64,000 nt of DNA from Escherichia coli (GCF_048403405.1 NZ_CP183129.1); one strand, 5' to 3'; shown: positions 1 to 14,755, counted from the first letter of the stretch. The notes: generated from the sequence alone by a model not told the origin. Numbers and translations are program-made.

Positions 1-20
1 TCGACGGGTTGTGCAGACAT
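1..20 (-). CDS. zapA: 5' end of zapA (Z-ring associated protein); only the first ~7 codons are inside the window
   Basis: Reverse complement of nt 1-20 reads ATGTCTGCACAACCCGTCGA = MSAQPVD, the N-terminus I recall for ZapA; its position divergent from ygfB matches the K-12 neighbourhood. Confidence 0.5.
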
Positions 21-187
21 GCCACCTTCCTGCTGATTGACTGCGCTGCCTTCGTCTTTAGACCCATGGTCTGCGAAGGGGCGACACTATAGCTACCCTG
101 ATGAGAAGAGACAAGCCCTTTTCTGGTCCACCAGGGCCCAAAGTGGTAGCATATCATGAATATTCCTCCCTTTGACGACGAATGCTT

Positions 188-766
188 ATGTCTATACAGA
201 ACGAAATGCCTGGTTACAACGAAATGAACCAGTATCTGAACCAACAAGGGACGGGTCTGACCCCAGCTGAGATGCATGGTTTAATCAGCGGGATGATATG
301 TGGCGGTAACGATGACAGCTCATGGCTGCCGCTACTTCACGACCTGACGAACGAAGGCATGGCTTTCGGTCATGAGCTGGCACAGGCACTGCGTAAAATG
401 CACTCTGCCACCAGCGATGCCCTCCAGGATGACGGCTTCCTTTTTCAGCTTTATCTGCCTGATGGCGATGATGTCAGCGTTTTCGATCGGGCTGATGCGC
501 TGGCAGGTTGGGTTAATCACTTCCTGCTTGGTCTTGGCGTTACGCAACCGAAGCTGGACAAAGTGACCGGCGAAACCGGTGAAGCCATCGACGATCTGCG
601 TAACATCGCGCAGTTGGGCTACGACGAAGACGAAGATCAGGAAGAGCTTGAAATGTCGCTTGAAGAGATCATCGAATACGTTCGTGTTGCCGCGCTGTTA
701 TGCCACGACACCTTTACTCATCCGCAACCGACCGCGCCAGAAGTACAAAAACCGACTCTACACTAA
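188..766 (+). CDS. ygfB: UPF0149 family protein YgfB
   Basis: ORF 182..766; start trimmed to the ATG at codon 3 ([13 protein letters not shown]...), giving 192 aa as in E. coli YgfB. Confidence 0.9.
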
Positions 767-791
767 AAACAAAAAACGTAAGGAGAGTGTT

Positions 792-2117
792 ATGAGTGAG
801 ATATCCCGGCAAGAGTTTCAGCGTCGCCGTCAGGCCCTGGTGGAGCAAATGCAACCCGGCAGCGCCGCGCTGATTTTTGCTGCACCAGAAGTAACACGTA
901 GCGCCGACAGCGAATACCCCTATCGTCAGAACAGTGACTTCTGGTACTTCACCGGCTTTAACGAACCGGAAGCGGTGCTGGTGCTGATTAAAAGCGATGA
1001 CACTCATAACCACAGCGTTTTGTTTAACCGCGTTCGCGACCTGACGGCAGAGATCTGGTTTGGTCGTCGCTTAGGTCAGGATGCCGCGCCAGAGAAACTG
1101 GGTGTTGATCGCGCTCTGGCATTCAGCGAAATTAATCAGCAACTTTATCAACTACTTAATGGTCTGGATGTGGTTTACCACGCCCAGGGCGAATATGCAT
1201 ATGCTGATGAAATCGTGAACAGTGCGCTGGAAAAACTGCGTAAAGGCTCGCGGCAAAATCTTACCGCACCGGCAACGATGATCGACTGGCGTCCCATTGT
1301 TCATGAAATGCGCCTGTTCAAATCGCCGGAAGAGATTGCCGTACTTCGCCGCGCGGGGGAAATTACCGCCCTGGCGCATACCCGGGCGATGGAAAAATGC
1401 CGTCCGGGAATGTTCGAGTACCATCTGGAAGGCGAAATTCACCACGAATTTAACCGCCACGGTGCGCGTTATCCGTCCTACAACACCATCGTCGGCAGCG
1501 GTGAAAACGGCTGCATTCTGCACTACACCGAAAACGAGAGTGAACTGCGTGACGGTGACCTGGTGTTGATTGACGCGGGTTGTGAATACAAAGGTTACGC
1601 GGGCGATATTACCCGCACCTTCCCGGTCAACGGCAAATTCACTCAGGCCCAGCGTGAAATCTACGACATTGTGCTGGAGTCTCTTGAAACCAGCCTGCGC
1701 CTGTATCGTCCGGGAACTTCCATGCAGGAAGTCACTGGTGAAGTGGTGCGTATCATGGTTAGCGGCCTGGTAAAACTCGGCATCCTGAAAGGTGATGTTG
1801 ATGAACTGATCGCTCAGAACGCCCATCGTCCTTTCTTTATGCATGGCCTTAGCCACTGGTTAGGACTGGATGTCCATGACGTTGGCGTTTATGGTCAGGA
1901 TCGCTCGCGCATTCTGGAACCGGGGATGGTACTGACCGTAGAGCCTGGTCTGTATATCGCGCCGGATGCGGATGTGCCAGAACAATATCGCGGTATCGGC
2001 ATTCGTATTGAAGACGACATTGTGATTACCGAAACCGGCAACGAAAACCTCACCGCCAGCGTGGTGAAAAAGCCGGAAGAAATCGAAGCGTTGATGGCTG
2101 CTGCGAGAAAGCAATGA
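792..2117 (+). CDS. pepP: Xaa-Pro aminopeptidase (aminopeptidase P II)
   Basis: Track ORF 579..2117 is over-extended; the ATG at codon 72 (MSEISRQEFQRRRQAL...) follows an AGGAGA Shine-Dalgarno and gives 441 aa, a pita-bread metallopeptidase. Confidence 0.93.
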   Translation: MSEISRQEFQRRRQALVEQMQPGSAALIFAAPEVTRSADSEYPYRQNSDFWYFTGFNEPEAVLVLIKSDDTHNHSVLFNRVRDLTAEIWFGRRLGQDAAPEKLGVDRALAFSEINQQLYQLLNGLDVVYHAQGEYAYADEIVNSALEKLRKGSRQNLTAPATMIDWRPIVHEMRLFKSPEEIAVLRRAGEITALAHTRAMEKCRPGMFEYHLEGEIHHEFNRHGARYPSYNTIVGSGENGCILHYTENESELRDGDLVLIDAGCEYKGYAGDITRTFPVNGKFTQAQREIYDIVLESLETSLRLYRPGTSMQEVTGEVVRIMVSGLVKLGILKGDVDELIAQNAHRPFFMHGLSHWLGLDVHDVGVYGQDRSRILEPGMVLTVEPGLYIAPDADVPEQYRGIGIRIEDDIVITETGNENLTASVVKKPEEIEALMAAARKQ

Positions 2118-3292
2118 GCGTAATCATCGTCGGTGGCGGCATGGCGGGCGCGACGCTGGCGCTGGCTATTTCCCGGTTAAGTCACGGGGCGCTGCCGGTA
2201 CATTTGATTGAAGCGACTGCGCCAGAGTCACATGCTCATCCGGGCTTTGATGGACGAGCTATTGCGCTGGCGGCGGGTACCTGTCAGCAACTGGCGCGCA
2301 TCGGCGTTTGGCAATCTCTGGCGGATTGCGCAACCGCCATCACCAGCGTGCATGTCAGCGATCGTGGTCACGCTGGATTTGTCACCCTCGCCGCAGAAGA
2401 TTACCAACTGGCGGCGCTGGGACAGGTTGTCGAATTGCACAATGTCGGGCAACGGCTGTTTGCATTGCTGCGTAAAGCACCTGGCGTAACGCTGCATTGC
2501 CCTGATCGCGTGGCTAACGTTGCCCGTACTCAGAGTCACGTTGAAGTGACGCTGGAGTGTGGCGAAACGCTGACGGGCCGCGTGCTGGTAGCCGCTGATG
2601 GCACCCATTCAGCGTTAGCCACTGTGTGCGGCGTTGACTGGCAGCAGGAGCCTTACGAACAACTGGCTGTGATTGCCAACGTTGCGACTTCCGTTGCGCA
2701 CGAAGGGCGCGCTTTTGAACGCTTTACGCAACATGGCCCGCTGGCGATGTTGCCGATGTCTGACGGACGCTGTTCGCTGGTCTGGTGTCATCTACTGGAA
2801 CGGCGCGAAGAGGTACTGTCGTGGAGCGACGAGAAGTTTTGCCGTGAACTCCAGTCGGCCTTTGGTTGGCGACTTGGGAAAATTACCCACGCTGGTAAAC
2901 GCAGTGCTTATCCGCTGGCGTTAACCCGCGCCGCCAGACCTATTACCCATCGTACCGTGCTGGTGGGCAATGCGGCGCAAACTCTGCACCCGATTGCCGG
3001 GCAAGGGTTCAACCTCGGTATGCGGGATGTCATGAGCCTTGCGGAAACCTTGACTCAGGCGCAGGAGCGCGGAGAAGACATAGGTGATTACGGCGTATTG
3101 TGCCGTTATCAGCAGCGTCGACAGAGCGATCGCGAAGCAACCATCGGTGTCACGGACAGCCTTGTACATCTTTTTGCCAACCGTTGGACGCCGCTGGTTG
3201 TCGGGCGCAACATCGGGCTGATGACGATGGAATTATTTACCCCGGCACGCGATGTGCTGGCGCAGCGCACCCTCGGTTGGGTGGCGCGTTGA
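2114..3292 (+). CDS. ubiH: 2-octaprenyl-6-methoxyphenol hydroxylase (FAD-dependent monooxygenase)
   Basis: 392 aa with an N-terminal GGGMAGATLA FAD-binding fold; the ATG overlaps the pepP stop (ATGA), indicating translational coupling. Confidence 0.93.
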   Translation: MSVIIVGGGMAGATLALAISRLSHGALPVHLIEATAPESHAHPGFDGRAIALAAGTCQQLARIGVWQSLADCATAITSVHVSDRGHAGFVTLAAEDYQLAALGQVVELHNVGQRLFALLRKAPGVTLHCPDRVANVARTQSHVEVTLECGETLTGRVLVAADGTHSALATVCGVDWQQEPYEQLAVIANVATSVAHEGRAFERFTQHGPLAMLPMSDGRCSLVWCHLLERREEVLSWSDEKFCRELQSAFGWRLGKITHAGKRSAYPLALTRAARPITHRTVLVGNAAQTLHPIAGQGFNLGMRDVMSLAETLTQAQERGEDIGDYGVLCRYQQRRQSDREATIGVTDSLVHLFANRWTPLVVGRNIGLMTMELFTPARDVLAQRTLGWVAR

Positions 3293-3314
3293 AGGCGGTT
3301 TTAAGGAATAAACA

Positions 3315-4517
3315 ATGCAAAGTGTTGATGTAGCCATTGTTGGCGGCGGCATGGTGGGGCTGGCGGTTGCCTGCGGCTTACAGGGGAGCGGCTTACGCGT
3401 TGCCGTACTGGAGCAGCGCGTACCGGAACCTCTGGCGGCGAATGCACCACCACAACTGCGCGTTTCGGCTATCAATGCCGCCAGCGAAAAATTACTCACC
3501 CGTCTTGGCGTCTGGCAGGACATTCTCTCTCGTAGGGCCAGTTGTTATCACGGTATGGAAGTGTGGGACAAAGACAGCTTTGGTCACATTTCGTTTGACG
3601 ATCAAAGCATGGGCTATAGCCATCTTGGGCATATCGTTGAAAACTCAGTGATTCACTACGCGCTGTGGAACAAAGCGCAGCAGTCGTCAGATATCACTCT
3701 GTTGGCCCCCGCAGAATTACAGCAGGTCGCCTGGGGAGAAAATGAAACCTTCCTGACGCTGAAAGATGGCAGCATGTTAACGGCGCGTCTGGTGATTGGC
3801 GCGGACGGCGCTAATTCCTGGTTGCGCAACAAAGCCGATATTCCGCTGACTTTCTGGGATTATCAGCATCACGCGCTGGTAGCGACCATTAGCACGGAAG
3901 AACCGCATGATGCGGTGGCGCGGCAGGTTTTCCATGGCGAAGGCATTCTGGCCTTTTTACCGCTTAGCGATCCGCATCTTTGCTCGATTGTCTGGTCACT
4001 GTCGCCAGAGGAAGCGCAGCGGATGCAGCAGGCAAGTGAAGACGAATTTAATCGCGCGTTAAATATCGCTTTTGATAATCGCCTTGGCTTATGCAAGGTT
4101 GAGAGTGCGCGTCAGGTGTTCCCACTGACGGGGCGTTATGCGCGCCAATTTGCCGCGCACCGTCTGGCGTTGGTGGGCGACGCCGCGCATACCATTCACC
4201 CGCTGGCGGGGCAGGGCGTTAATCTCGGCTTTATGGATGCTGCAGAGCTGGTTGCTGAACTGAAACGGTTGCATCGTCAGGGGAAAGACATCGGGCAGTA
4301 CATTTATCTGCGTCGCTATGAGCGTAGCCGCAAGCACAGTGCGGCGCTGATGCTGGCTGGTATGCAGGGATTCCGCGATCTGTTTTCCGGTACCAATCCG
4401 GCGAAAAAACTGCTGCGTGATATTGGTTTGAAACTGGCCGACACGCTTCCTGGCGTTAAACCACAACTTATCCGCCAGGCAATGGGATTAAACGATTTGC
4501 CTGAATGGCTGCGTTAA
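3315..4517 (+). CDS. ubiI: 2-octaprenylphenol hydroxylase (FAD-dependent monooxygenase, VisC)
   Basis: 400 aa with a GGGMVGLAVA dinucleotide-binding motif; paralogous to and immediately downstream of ubiH. Confidence 0.92.
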   Translation: MQSVDVAIVGGGMVGLAVACGLQGSGLRVAVLEQRVPEPLAANAPPQLRVSAINAASEKLLTRLGVWQDILSRRASCYHGMEVWDKDSFGHISFDDQSMGYSHLGHIVENSVIHYALWNKAQQSSDITLLAPAELQQVAWGENETFLTLKDGSMLTARLVIGADGANSWLRNKADIPLTFWDYQHHALVATISTEEPHDAVARQVFHGEGILAFLPLSDPHLCSIVWSLSPEEAQRMQQASEDEFNRALNIAFDNRLGLCKVESARQVFPLTGRYARQFAAHRLALVGDAAHTIHPLAGQGVNLGFMDAAELVAELKRLHRQGKDIGQYIYLRRYERSRKHSAALMLAGMQGFRDLFSGTNPAKKLLRDIGLKLADTLPGVKPQLIRQAMGLNDLPEWLR

Positions 4518-4964
4518 AAATTTCTCTTCTGCTGTTTATTTGATACCCATCACACTTTCATCTCCCGGTTTTTTCGCCGGGAGATTTTCCTCATTTGAAA
4601 TAAACTAATTTCACCTCCGTTTTCGCATTATATTTTCTAATGTCATGATTTTTTGATTTAGTGTTTTTTGACAATTTTTTAGTTCTTAATATTGCATTAA
4701 TCAAATTAACTTTCTCATCTGTTTATCTTTATATAGAGATTTGTTCATTTTTTGGTTTTTTATTCTGTTGTGATTTTGGCGTTTTTTAACCATAAGCTAA
4801 TGTGATGATCAATTTTACCTTATGGTTAACAGTCTGTTTCGGTGGTAAGTTCAGGCAAAAGAGAACGATTGCGTTGGGGACCGGGAGTGGCTCCGATGCT
4901 GGGTTTCGTGGTGATAATTTCGCCATGGAAAAGTTGTCAGCCCCGCTTATTCAATGAGGACAAG
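4518..4964 (+). promoter_or_regulatory. gcvT upstream control region (gcvTHP promoter; site of known GcvA/Lrp/PurR/CRP control in E. coli)
   Basis: A ~450 bp AT-rich non-coding stretch containing a TTGACA hexamer lies directly upstream of gcvT. The regulator sites are from established knowledge and were not individually mapped here. Confidence 0.5.
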
Positions 4965-6059
4965 ATGGCACAACAGACTCCTTTGTACGAACAACACACG
5001 CTTTGCGGCGCTCGCATGGTGGATTTCCACGGCTGGATGATGCCGCTGCATTACGGTTCGCAAATCGACGAACATCATGCGGTACGTACCGATGCCGGAA
5101 TGTTTGATGTGTCACATATGACCATCGTCGATCTTCGCGGCAGCCGCACCCGGGAGTTTTTGCGTTATCTGCTGGCGAACGATGTGGCGAAACTCACCAA
5201 AAGCGGCAAAGCCCTTTACTCGGGGATGTTGAATGCCTCTGGCGGTGTGATAGATGACCTCATCGTCTACTACTTTACTGAAGATTTCTTCCGCCTCGTT
5301 GTTAACTCCGCCACCCGCGAAAAAGACCTCTCCTGGATTACCCAACACGCTGAACCTTTCGGCATCGAAATTACCGTTCGTGATGACCTTTCCATGATCG
5401 CCGTGCAAGGGCCGAATGCGCAGGCAAAAGCTGCCACACTGTTTAATGACGCTCAGCGTCATGCGGTGGAAGGGATGAAACCGTTCTTTGGCGTGCAGGC
5501 GGGCGATCTGTTTATTGCCACCACCGGTTACACCGGTGAAGCGGGCTACGAAATTGCGCTGCCCAATGAAAAAGCGGCCGATTTCTGGCGCGCGCTGGTG
5601 GAAGCGGGCGTTAAGCCATGCGGTCTGGGCGCGCGTGACACGCTGCGTCTGGAAGCGGGCATGAATCTTTATGGTCAGGAGATGGACGAAACCATCTCTC
5701 CGTTAGCCGCCAACATGGGCTGGACTATCGCCTGGGAACCAGCAGATCGTGACTTCATCGGTCGTGAAGCCCTGGAAGTGCAGCGTGAACATGGCACAGA
5801 AAAACTGGTTGGTCTGGTGATGACTGAAAAAGGCGTGCTGCGTAATGAACTGCCGGTACGTTTTACTGATGCGCAGGGCAACCAGCATGAAGGCATTATC
5901 ACCAGCGGTACTTTCTCCCCGACGCTGGGTTACAGCATTGCGCTGGCGCGTGTGCCGGAAGGTATTGGTGAAACGGCGATTGTGCAAATTCGCAACCGTG
6001 AAATGCCGGTTAAAGTGACGAAACCTGTTTTTGTGCGTAACGGTAAAGCCGTCGCGTGA
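4965..6059 (+). CDS. gcvT: Glycine cleavage system aminomethyltransferase (T protein)
   Basis: Track ORF 4842..6059 trimmed to the ATG at codon 42 ([24 protein letters not shown]...), giving 364 aa. Confidence 0.95.
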
Positions 6060-6082
6060 TTTACTTTTTTGGAGATTGATTG

Positions 6083-6472
6083 ATGAGCAACGTACCAGCA
6101 GAACTGAAATACAGCAAAGAACACGAATGGCTGCGTAAAGAAGCCGACGGCACTTACACCGTTGGTATCACCGAACATGCCCAGGAGCTGTTAGGCGATA
6201 TGGTGTTTGTTGACCTGCCGGAAGTGGGCGCAACGGTTAGCGCGGGCGATGACTGCGCGGTTGCCGAATCGGTAAAAGCGGCGTCAGACATTTATGCGCC
6301 AGTAAGCGGTGAAATCGTGGCGGTAAACGACGCACTGAGCGATTCCCCGGAACTGGTGAACAGCGAACCGTATGCAGGCGGCTGGATCTTTAAAATCAAA
6401 GCCAGCGATGAAAGCGAACTGGAATCACTGCTGGATGCGACCGCATACGAAGCATTGTTAGAAGACGAGTAA
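6083..6472 (+). CDS. gcvH: Glycine cleavage system H protein (lipoyl carrier)
   Basis: 129 aa, [20 protein letters not shown]...; the track ORF begins one codon earlier at a TTG, the ATG is preferred. Confidence 0.95.
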
Positions 6473-6590
6473 CGGCTTTATTCCTCTTCTGCGGGAGAGG
6501 ATCAGGGTGAGGAACTTTTACGCCTCACCCTCACTCTCTTCGCAAGGAGAGAGGTTCACAATTCACTGCACGTTTCAGGAACCATCGCTC

Positions 6591-9464
6591 ATGACACAGA
6601 CGTTAAGCCAGCTTGAAAACAGCGGCGCTTTTATTGAACGCCATATCGGACCGGATGCCGCGCAACAGCAAGAAATGCTGAATGCCGTTGGCGCACAATC
6701 GTTAAACGCGCTGACCGGCCAGATTGTGCCGAAAGATATTCAGCTTGCGACCCCGCCGCAGGTTGGCGCACCGGCGACCGAATACGCCGCGCTGGCGGAA
6801 CTCAAGGCTATTGCCAGTCGCAATAAACGCTTCACGTCTTACATCGGCATGGGTTACACCGCCGTGCAGCTACCGCCGGTTATCCTGCGTAACATGCTGG
6901 AAAATCCGGGCTGGTATACCGCGTATACTCCGTATCAACCTGAAGTCTCCCAGGGCCGCCTTGAAGCACTGCTCAACTTCCAGCAGGTAACGCTGGATTT
7001 GACCGGGCTGGATATGGCCTCTGCTTCTCTTCTGGACGAGGCCACCGCTGCCGCCGAAGCAATGGCGATGGCGAAACGCGTCAGCAAACTGAAAAATGCC
7101 AACCGCTTCTTTGTTGCTTCTGACGTCCATCCGCAAACGCTCGATGTGGTCCGTACTCGTGCTGAAACCTTTGGTTTTGAAGTGATTGTCGATGATGCGC
7201 AAAAAGTGCTCGACCACCAGGACGTCTTCGGCGTGCTGTTACAGCAGGTCGGCACTACTGGTGAAATTCACGACTACACCGCGCTTATTAGCGAACTGAA
7301 ATCACGCAAAATTGTGGTCAGTGTCGCCGCCGATATTATGGCGCTGGTGCTGTTAACTGCGCCGGGTAAACAGGGCGCGGATATTGTTTTTGGTTCGGCG
7401 CAACGCTTTGGCGTACCGATGGGTTACGGTGGCCCACACGCGGCATTCTTTGCGGCGAAAGACGAATACAAACGCTCAATGCCGGGCCGTATTATCGGTG
7501 TATCGAAAGATGCAGCTGGCAACACCGCTCTGCGCATGGCGATGCAGACTCGCGAGCAACATATTCGTCGTGAGAAAGCGAACTCCAACATTTGTACTTC
7601 CCAGGTGCTGCTGGCAAACATCGCCAGCCTGTATGCCGTTTATCACGGCCCGGTTGGCCTGAAACGTATCGCTAACCGCATTCACCGTCTGACCGATATC
7701 CTGGCGGCAGGCCTGCAACAAAAAGGTCTGAAGCTGCGCCATGCGCACTATTTCGACACTCTGTGTGTGGAAGTGGCCGACAAGGCGGGCGTACTGGCGC
7801 GTGCCGAAGTGGCTGAAATCAACCTGCGTAGCGATATCCTGAACGCGGTTGGGATCACCCTTGATGAAACCACCACGCGCGAAAACGTGATGCAGCTTTT
7901 CAGCGTACTGCTGGGGGATAACCACGGACTGGACATCGACACGCTGGACAAAGACGTGGCTCACGATAGCCGCTCTATTCAGCCTGCAATGTTGCGCGAC
8001 GACGAAATCCTCACCCATCCGGTGTTTAATCGCTACCACAGCGAAACCGAAATGATGCGCTATATGCACTCGCTGGAGCGTAAAGATCTGGCGCTGAATC
8101 AGGCGATGATCCCGCTGGGTTCCTGCACCATGAAACTGAACGCCGCCGCCGAGATGATCCCCATCACCTGGCCGGAATTTGCCGAACTGCACCCGTTCTG
8201 CCCGCCGGAACAGGCCGAAGGTTATCAGCAGATGATTGCGCAACTGGCTGACTGGCTGGTGAAACTGACCGGTTACGACGCCGTTTGTATGCAGCCGAAC
8301 TCTGGCGCACAGGGCGAATATGCGGGCCTGCTGGCGATTCGTCATTATCATGAAAGCCGCAACGAAGGGCATCGCGATATCTGCCTGATCCCGGCTTCTG
8401 CGCACGGAACTAACCCCGCTTCTGCACATATGGCAGGAATGCAGGTGGTAGTTGTGGCATGTGATAAAAATGGCAACATCGATCTGACTGACCTGCGCGC
8501 GAAAGCGGAACAAGCGGGCGATAATCTCTCCTGCATCATGGTGACTTATCCTTCCACCCACGGCGTGTACGAAGAAACGATCCGTGAAGTGTGTGAAGTC
8601 GTGCATCAGTTCGGCGGTCAGGTTTACCTTGATGGCGCGAACATGAACGCCCAGGTCGGCATCACCTCACCGGGCTTTATTGGCGCGGACGTCTCGCACC
8701 TTAACCTGCATAAAACTTTCTGCATTCCGCACGGTGGCGGCGGCCCAGGTATGGGACCGATCGGCGTGAAAGCGCATCTGGCACCGTTTGTGCCAGGTCA
8801 TAGCGTGGTACAAATTGAAGGCATGTTAACCCGTCAGGGCGCGGTTTCTGCGGCACCGTTCGGTAGCGCATCCATTCTGCCAATCAGCTGGATGTACATC
8901 CGCATGATGGGCGCAGAAGGGCTGAAAAAAGCAAGCCAGGTGGCAATCCTCAACGCCAACTATATTGCCAGCCGCCTGCAGGATGCCTTCCCGGTGCTGT
9001 ATACCGGTCGCGACGGTCGCGTGGCGCACGAATGTATTCTCGATATTCGCCCGCTGAAAGAAGAAACCGGCATCAGCGAACTGGATATTGCCAAGCGTCT
9101 GATCGACTACGGTTTCCACGCGCCGACGATGTCGTTCCCGGTGGCGGGTACGCTGATGGTTGAACCGACTGAATCTGAAAGCAAAGTGGAACTGGATCGC
9201 TTTATCGACGCGATGCTGGCTATCCGCGCAGAAATTGACCAGGTGAAAGCCGGTGTCTGGCCGCTGGAAGATAACCCGCTGGTGAACGCGCCACACATTC
9301 AGAGCGAACTGGTCGCCGAGTGGGCGCATCCGTACAGCCGTGAAGTTGCAGTATTCCCGGCAGGCGTGGCAGACAAATACTGGTCGACAGTGAAACGTCT
9401 GGATGATGTTTACGGCGACCGTAACCTGTTCTGCTCCTGCGTACCGATTAGCGAATACCAGTAA
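6591..9464 (+). CDS. gcvP: Glycine dehydrogenase (decarboxylating), P protein
   Basis: Track ORF 6507..9464 trimmed to the ATG at codon 29 ([22 protein letters not shown]...), giving 957 aa, a PLP-dependent enzyme. Confidence 0.95.
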   Translation: MTQTLSQLENSGAFIERHIGPDAAQQQEMLNAVGAQSLNALTGQIVPKDIQLATPPQVGAPATEYAALAELKAIASRNKRFTSYIGMGYTAVQLPPVILRNMLENPGWYTAYTPYQPEVSQGRLEALLNFQQVTLDLTGLDMASASLLDEATAAAEAMAMAKRVSKLKNANRFFVASDVHPQTLDVVRTRAETFGFEVIVDDAQKVLDHQDVFGVLLQQVGTTGEIHDYTALISELKSRKIVVSVAADIMALVLLTAPGKQGADIVFGSAQRFGVPMGYGGPHAAFFAAKDEYKRSMPGRIIGVSKDAAGNTALRMAMQTREQHIRREKANSNICTSQVLLANIASLYAVYHGPVGLKRIANRIHRLTDILAAGLQQKGLKLRHAHYFDTLCVEVADKAGVLARAEVAEINLRSDILNAVGITLDETTTRENVMQLFSVLLGDNHGLDIDTLDKDVAHDSRSIQPAMLRDDEILTHPVFNRYHSETEMMRYMHSLERKDLALNQAMIPLGSCTMKLNAAAEMIPITWPEFAELHPFCPPEQAEGYQQMIAQLADWLVKLTGYDAVCMQPNSGAQGEYAGLLAIRHYHESRNEGHRDICLIPASAHGTNPASAHMAGMQVVVVACDKNGNIDLTDLRAKAEQAGDNLSCIMVTYPSTHGVYEETIREVCEVVHQFGGQVYLDGANMNAQVGITSPGFIGADVSHLNLHKTFCIPHGGGGPGMGPIGVKAHLAPFVPGHSVVQIEGMLTRQGAVSAAPFGSASILPISWMYIRMMGAEGLKKASQVAILNANYIASRLQDAFPVLYTGRDGRVAHECILDIRPLKEETGISELDIAKRLIDYGFHAPTMSFPVAGTLMVEPTESESKVELDRFIDAMLAIRAEIDQVKAGVWPLEDNPLVNAPHIQSELVAEWAHPYSREVAVFPAGVADKYWSTVKRLDDVYGDRNLFCSCVPISEYQ

Positions 9465-9486
9465 TTTACTGATTCGACTATCTTCT

Positions 9487-9508
9487 AAAGGCGCTTCGGC
9501 GCCTTTTT
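9487..9508 (+). terminator. Rho-independent terminator after gcvP
   Basis: AAAGGCGC-TTCG-GCGCCTTT hairpin followed by a T-run immediately downstream of the gcvP stop. Confidence 0.75.
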
Positions 9509-9627
9509 AGCTTGTTAATAAAGTGCGCTTTGTGTGTCGGATGAAGCGTAAATATAAACTCCTGGAGTTCAATATATGACAGGAGCGCCAGGCCTGATGA
9601 GCGGAGCACATCAGGCACATCGGCTAA

Positions 9628-11088
<1,461 letters not shown>

Positions 11089-11105
11089 TTACAGGAAATA
11101 GTACC

Positions 11106-11417
11106 ATGCAGCCAAACGACATCACTTTTTTTCAACGTTTCCAGGATGACATTCTGGCTGGGCGTAAAACCATCACCATCCGCGACGAGTCTGAATCGCA
11201 CTTCAAAACGGGTGATGTGCTTCGTGTCGGGCGTTTTGAAGATGACGGTTATTTTTGCACGATTGAAGTCACCGCAACCTCAACCGTAACGCTGGATACA
11301 CTGACGGAAAAACATGCAGAGCAGGAAAATATGACCCTGACTGAACTGAAAAAGGTCATTGCCGACATCTATCCCGGTCAGACACAGTTTTATGTGATTG
11401 AATTTAAATGTCTTTAA
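11106..11417 (+). CDS. yqfB: ASCH-domain protein YqfB
   Basis: 103 aa, [28 protein letters not shown]... Confidence 0.9.
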   Translation: MQPNDITFFQRFQDDILAGRKTITIRDESESHFKTGDVLRVGRFEDDGYFCTIEVTATSTVTLDTLTEKHAEQENMTLTELKKVIADIYPGQTQFYVIEFKCL

Positions 11418-11577
11418 ATTGAACTCACACCTGTTAGTTGAAATTTTGCATTTAATTTCATGATTTTTCGGAGATTAGTCCCAAATCAGAATTTATTTTA
11501 GCTAACAGGTGTTCACTGGAACTATTCTCAGTTACGCTGGAGAGGTTTACACGTGCGTGTACGTTTCTCCGGAGTAA

Positions 11578-12240
<663 letters not shown>

Positions 12241-12316
12241 TGGGTGTGCCTTTGTAGGCCTGAAAAGACACACCCGCGTCGCATCAGGCGATAAATGCCT
12301 GATGCGACACAGAGAT
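12241..12316. repeat. REP-like palindromic element between the convergent yqfA and ygfZ genes
   Basis: GTCGCATCAGGCG...GCCTGATGCGAC inverted repeat with a GCCTGATGCGAC core in a 76-nt spacer; likely also acts as a bidirectional terminator. Confidence 0.6.
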
Positions 12317-13297
12317 TTACTCTTCGAGCGAATACGGCAGCGGCTCGATACGCAATGTATTCGCATCGTCACGCACGCGGAAGATGCTGTCCGGTTCCAT
12401 ATCGTTATTCATAACGACCTGTACCACGACCTGACCATCTTCCAGTTTGACCGCAGCCAGCACCGTACCGGTACGACGCCAGTTCTCGCCCATTTTCAGC
12501 TCTAAGTCTTCACCGGCTTCCGGCAGTCGGCTGGCGCTACCCGTCAGCAACCAGAGCGCGCGTTTGTTGGCACCACGGAATTTAGCTCGCGCCACCATCT
12601 CTTGTCCGGTATAGCAGCCTTTTTTAAAGCTAATGCCGCCCAGCGCCTGGAGGTTGGTCGCCTGTGGGATAAACTGCCCGCTGTTGGCGGCATCAATCAC
12701 CGGGAAACCCGCTTCAATGTTTAATGCCAGCCACTGTTGGCTATTGTTCAGTTCCGCTTCACCGCGCAGTTTATCGGTCAGCATATTGGCAGTGGCTTCA
12801 TCGGTTACGATCAGGAAACGTTCTGCAGGGTGTTCAAACCATAGCAAAGTGGTCGCGCCTTCTTTAACTACCTGTTTTTCTTTCGAAGGCAGTTCACTAA
12901 AGATATTTGCCAGCGCGGCGCGCGCCTGAAAACCGGCAACACCAAGCAGCACACGCTCGTCGTCTGGCGCGATGATCACTTTAGAGAATACCGCATATTT
13001 TTTCAGTTCAGTCAGCTGCGATTCACGCACGCTGCGCCGTTCAATCCATGCAAAGCCATCGCCGTCGCGGAACAGACGTAAATTGCTCCACATTTTACCT
13101 TTGGCGTCGCAATGGGCGGCGAGCAGGTGCTGATCTTCTGTCATCTGGCTGACATCTGCTGTCACCTGACCCTGCATATATTTTTCGCTGTCCGCGCCAG
13201 TAATGGTGGCAAGCGCCCAGTCATCAAGCGTCATCAGCGTCAGCGGTAAACGGGCAGAAGCCGTAGGCTGACGGGGAGGAAAAGGTGTAAAAGCCAT
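12317..13297 (-). CDS. ygfZ: tRNA-modifying, folate-binding protein YgfZ
   Basis: 326 aa, [30 protein letters not shown]... Confidence 0.92.
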   Translation of the reverse strand: MAFTPFPPRQPTASARLPLTLMTLDDWALATITGADSEKYMQGQVTADVSQMTEDQHLLAAHCDAKGKMWSNLRLFRDGDGFAWIERRSVRESQLTELKKYAVFSKVIIAPDDERVLLGVAGFQARAALANIFSELPSKEKQVVKEGATTLLWFEHPAERFLIVTDEATANMLTDKLRGEAELNNSQQWLALNIEAGFPVIDAANSGQFIPQATNLQALGGISFKKGCYTGQEMVARAKFRGANKRALWLLTGSASRLPEAGEDLELKMGENWRRTGTVLAAVKLEDGQVVVQVVMNNDMEPDSIFRVRDDANTLRIEPLPYSLEE

Positions 13298-13527
13298 AAT
13301 AGAGTCCTGAGTTGCTTAACGGCGTATTAATCACTAATGGTAAAAGAGCTATGAGGCAATGCAAGTGCTTTCACTACGCGATCTGTGCCTTCTGCGAGGC
13401 GACTTCCAAAAAAATGAAGCCCTTGAATTGTTGTGAATTAATTTCGCGATCGCGATGGTGTTTACTGATATTCCCGCAAAAGAAGTCGAAAAACACGTTA
13501 CAATAGCGGGGTACTGGATTTTCGTGA

Positions 13528-14194
<667 letters not shown>

Positions 14195-14233
14195 AGATGA
14201 CGGCAAAGCATATGCGCTAAGCCGTCAGTGACA

Positions 14234-14755
14234 TCAGGCGTAATGCTCTGCCATTTCGTTGAGGATTTGTTCACACCAGCTCTGAATACGCTCGTCGCTA
14301 AGGTCATACTGGTTAGTTTCGTCCAGCGCCAGCCCCACGAACAGTTGCCCGTCAGCAATCACCGGTTTCGGGCTGGTAAATTCATACCCTTCCGTTGGCC
14401 AGTAGCCGACGAACTTCACGCCTTTGGTCGAGAGTTTGTCATGCAGCATACCGAGCGCATCGAGGAACCACTCGCCGTATCCCAGTTGATCGCCAAGCCC
14501 ATACAGCGCAACAATTTTACCTTCAAGGTTCAGGTCGTCGAGCTGATCCCAGACGGCTTCCCAGTCTTCCTGGATTTCACCAAAATCCCAGGTCGGGATA
14601 CCCAGAATGAGCACATCGTACTGCTCCATTAATTTCGGGGAGTCGTCCTTGAGGTTATGTAAGGTCACCAGTTCTGGGCCGATAATATCGCGGATTTTTT
14701 CTGCCGCCATTTCGGTGTAACAGGTGCTGGAACCGTAAAAAAGACCCATATTCAT
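14234..14755 (-). CDS. fldB: Flavodoxin 2
   Basis: 173 aa, [21 protein letters not shown]..., long-chain flavodoxin. Confidence 0.93.

Noticed and set aside
579-791. 213-nt N-terminal extension of the pepP ORF in the six-frame track (and similar upstream extensions at gcvT 4842, gcvP 6507, uacT 23372, guaD 28964, xanQ 30316, xdhA 54124, hyuA 44414, bglA 11085).
   Set aside because: Extensions encode low-complexity or basic junk, lack a ribosome-binding site, and the internal ATG or TTG gives the length expected for the known protein.
7476-8606. Long antisense or out-of-frame ORFs inside well-supported genes (e.g. 7476..8606 in gcvP, 1152..1856 in pepP, 9718..10833 in bglA, 18390..19394 in prfB, 19422..20837 in lysS, 35581..36306 in ygfK, 45067..45723 in ygeY).
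   Set aside because: They lie entirely within strongly supported genes and are the usual GC-rich shadow ORFs with no independent signals; their translations show no recognisable family features.
9509-9627. Possible REP element between the gcvP terminator and the bglA 3' end (GCCTGATGAGCGGAGCACATCAGGC palindrome).
   Set aside because: It only partially resembles the REP consensus and may simply be the bglA terminator hairpin; not confident enough to list as a repeat feature.
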